A DNA stretch of 64,000 nucleotides from Psammoneis japonica (lineage: Eukaryota): NCBI GenBank assembly GCA_008632985.1, contig QPGO01000021.1, positions 62,001 through 126,000 on the forward strand. The letters are read 5' to 3'. A program made the position numbers and the translations under genes. Below are positions 60,533-64,000 of the stretch, piece after piece. Every line of letters starts with the position of its first letter. The stretch's first letter is position 1. The notes beneath the pieces were generated by a model. It saw nothing but the letters and a program-made list of their open reading frames with translations. It did not search any database and was not told the DNA's origin.

Positions 60533-61417
60533 GTGCCGTCAAAAGCGGTCTCCCATGTTCCAAGTCGGCAACACAGCACACAACAGAACAATCTCCACAA
60601 ACACCACTGCTTGCATCATCAACACATTCCACAAAGTAAATCATGAGGCCCTTTCGTGGGGAAGAATCTGCATGCGGACCGAGAAACAAACAGAAAAAGT
60701 GCCGGACCGCTGTCGTCGGTTGGAAACACACCAACCACGAGCCGCGACCTCCAGAGCTCGCCTCAAACACCCCAAAGGTGCCCCACACATCAGGTGAAAC
60801 GAATGAGGCACAGGCAAAGGGATGAGAGGAGGGAAACAACAACAAACTCGACGAAACATGCCGGAACGACGACAACAGCGGCAGACTCATGCACCGAAGG
60901 AATCGAAATCGACATTCTTGCGCGGAGTGGCACTTGTCAAAATTCAGCCAACATGCAATGGTGCCACAGACAAATGTCGACAACATCCTGAGTGACTCAC
61001 CTCGTGAAAACATGTGACAACGACGGTGGACGCGAAACAAATTCGCCATGGTGGCCATGCAAATTCTGCGTAGAATTTTTCGTTTTTGTGCCAGGAACCA
61101 AAAAAATCGCACGTTGCGATTTTTTTGAGCTGTGCCAGTTAGCCTGGCACAGTGACATGTTGCGATCCGTGGGAGGTCTTCTCTGTCTTCTTGCGTGCCA
61201 CTTGCAGACCTCCCAGTTGGGAGTGATTGAGGACATGAGAGGTTGTGGGGACATCCTAAAAAATCGACAAATTCCCTGCGACAGGTGCGTGGAACGGTTT
61301 TTCGGGAGAGCTCGAAAGTTCTGAAAAATTGGGATTGCCGGCATGGCATGTTCAAAAATGCACTCAGTTACACACAAAGACAATTTGTTGTGAATTCTAC
61401 ACGAAAAAGTCACACTG

Positions 61418-64000
61418 GGGAAAACATGTTGAACAATGAGTGAGTTTGTGCGATGCGCCATTGTGGCGATAAATTGGAAAAAAAAGAGTGTCCGTGCACC
61501 TCGCTGCAGCCCCAAAAATGGCATGAGACATCAAATGTGATGGTCATCCGCATCACCGGTGCGGTGGCCATGCCACTCAGCAGCCACAATGCCGGCCCCG
61601 ACGGCAGGGCCCTGCGCACGTACAGGCAACACAGCATGCAACGGCACACACCCACACCCACAAAGAAAGACAAGTGGTCAATGCTCCCCGCAGGCCTGGT
61701 TTTCTGTCCGTCCATCCAACTGGTGTGCTTTTGGCGCCACAATTTTGATGTTGTTGCCCGTCACCGCGTTCACCATTGGGAAGAAAACAGAAAATGGAAA
61801 CCGGTGCTTTTGCGATGTCGGGGGCACTCGTCACATGTGTGCTGCAGCCGAAACAACATGATGGCGCGGAGCCTGTGTCTTGTTGCCCTGGACTCACCCT
61901 CATCCAGCGGCACTCATTCTGGTGGTGTCAACATGTTGTTTGTGGGTTTGGTGCGATGCAAGTTGGTTTCGTTTGCGGTTGTTTCTGAGTCCAGTTCCCC
62001 AAGTGTCCATTCGAGAACACAAATGGTGAGTTCAGGCATGCAGCAAATCAGTCTTGTGATGCTCTGCACACTGGCAACAGGTGACAACGTCCAAGCTCTG
62101 TTGCTCCAATGCCAACCTGTCAAACGCAGCCCAAAGATGCCAAGGATGAAGAGTCTGATGACACAAGCTGTCCTCAGGCACAGCAAAAAAGCACTGCAAT
62201 TCATGTTGCCATGCCATTTTCATCACCTGTGTTTTTTGACACAAATCTGGCTCTGGTGTCTGGAAAAGGAGCCAGCCAACAGTGTTCTCTCTCCTGCATT
62301 GCCAGCGACAAAAATTTGAGGTTGGGTGTTGTTGGCGACATTCAAAAGCTGCCCATTGCAACTTGCCACCTTGGAATGATGCCAAGACGAGTCGTCTGTT
62401 GTCCTGCAGGACAATTGTTTGCCATCAGGTGTCTGGAGAGCAGAGTGTGGGATGGAGGGGCCATGGATGCGGGGGCAACTTTGGCAATTGCGCTCGATTC
62501 CTTGACAACACTTCTTTTGAGGACATTCATTGGTGAGACTTTTTGCAATGGAATGAGGACGCATGATGACTTGACACTTCCATTGCCCTTGATCTAACTT
62601 CAATCACCCTCACAGTGCAGGGTTGACTTGGGTCCTCATGAGTCAACAGTTTCCATGGCAAAGGCGAGCCTCACAGAATTGAGCACTTCCAAAATGCCAG
62701 GCATGATGCGACCAGCTCCACAGGCTCCAGCCGTTTCTCTTGGTCAGCATGGCATGAAGACCAACCTGCAAACAGATGGATCCTGGTGTGCTCACATTCC
62801 AATGACCAAGGCATTGTTGGCGGCACTGGGCCATGCGCCAAGGCAAACTTTTGGTGCATGGTGGTGTGCATTCTGTGTCAGCTTCACCAAGGAATGGCTC
62901 TTGCATCTGTCAATTCCAAGACACAGATTTGCCAATTTGTGGATGACGGCACAGGCACTCCAAAAATGAAGATTGTGGGGATTGGTTGTCATGATGCACT
63001 TGACTGTTGAGTCACATGGTTCCTCCTTTGAAACTCCTTCCATCACAGCAACCAGATCATGCCTCAAGGACAGACTCCATCTTTGTCCAATTGTGAGGTG
63101 CTGGGCATCAATCAATGTCCTGCTGGCCCCAAGTCCTTGGTTGAGGGTGACAGAAGAAAGAACCCACTGCCTGAACATGGAGGCCAACAGTCTCAATTGG
63201 AAGTCAGACACTGTTTGGAGCCATGGATGGGAGCTTGGGTGCAATTCTTGGACCAGACAGATGGACAGCTGTCTTTTTTGCAGCTTTGGAAAGAGCCATG
63301 GAATGGATCACTCTTGCTGCTGGAGACTTTCATTGTTTTGAATTCCAAATGTTTTGAGCAGAAAAGCACATTTGTCCCAGCCATGGGTTGTTGATGGAGA
63401 TCTCATTGAATCTTTTTGGAATTTTGAAAAGGCTGCAATGGAGGCACTGGTTCAAGAAATGAATCAAAAGTGGGAAAGTGAGGAAAACTTTGCCCCTTCT
63501 GGCAATGCAAGAGGTGGCAGAGTTTTGATTGATCTGGGAAACACAATGTCTGATGGAGAGGATGAGAACACTCCAGCCAGTGGTGCCGCATGCTGACTGC
63601 AGATGACGTGTTGGTGATGGCAGACGACAAGACAATGCTCCTCTAGAGTGGGCACCGATGAGCAATGGCAGTCAAAGTCCAAGCATTTGCTGGTCAAAGC
63701 AGCAGTGATGCACCCTTCTGATTTGGCTGAGCTTTGGTGCAAAGCTTCCAATGATGTTCTTGTGCATCTCTTCCTTCTTTGCCCAGTGCTTTTGGTTTGA
63801 GTTGGCATCCAAACATTCCCTTTGTTCACACTTGGCTGCAACTGCTGGTGTGCGCCGTCACTGCATCAGAGGCATTGGCACTGCAATGACGTGTGGAATT
63901 GTGTGACAAAGTTTTTGTGACACATTTGCAATGTGTCACTGCAATGTTGGAAAGTCAGTTTGCAGCCAGAGGTCTGTCCATCAAATGTCATGTGCAATTT
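61418..64000. other. TpA-depleted degenerate repeat sequence running to the window end, unassigned
   Basis: Almost no TA; CG loss increases towards the end; no confident domain. Confidence 0.6.

Larger units (their letters stand above)
54111..61417 (+). mobile_element. AcademH-like DNA transposon (transposase + RecQ-like helicase), inactivated
   Basis: Degenerate inverted subterminal blocks: GACTTTTTCGTGT near 54129 versus its complement near 61400, and GGATCGCAACA...AACTGGCACA at ~54300-54328 versus ~61130-61168. These enclose a transposase-like and a helicase ORF. No TSD found, so ends are approximate. Confidence 0.65.

Overview
Eukaryotic nuclear DNA, most likely from a diatom. The evidence is short GT-AG introns, a bipartite plastid-targeting peptide, a CoDi-type Ty1/copia element and a stand-alone 5S rRNA gene. 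About a dozen host genes are recognisable: a giant repeat-rich protein, a PGM-like lumen protein, an ARM-repeat protein, two phosphatases, a LamG protein, a CBM/lectin/GH99 enzyme, PPWD1, leucyl aminopeptidase, QSOX and an M43 protease. Several carry frameshifts that look like uncorrected assembly indels. The genes alternate with four sharply bounded transposon islands (~12.3-19.9, ~22.4-33.2, ~48.3-51.3 and ~54.1-64 kb). The islands hold a full-length copia element with LTRs and TSD, a tyrosine-recombinase (Crypton-like) remnant, a foldback element and an AcademH-like transposase-RecQ element. The main discovery is that these islands have lost almost all TpA dinucleotides, which became TpG or CpA (A>G on either strand), the reverse of fungal RIP. 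Three lines of evidence show it. In one inverted-repeat pair, 17 of 19 TpA sites are converted in the copy inside the island. The copia LTR pair diverged at the same dinucleotides after insertion. Conserved or catalytic Tyr codons are systematically changed to His or Cys. This suggests a repeat-targeted adenine-hypermutation genome-defence system that I do not know to be described. The responsible enzyme is not recognisable in this window. All counts are manual.
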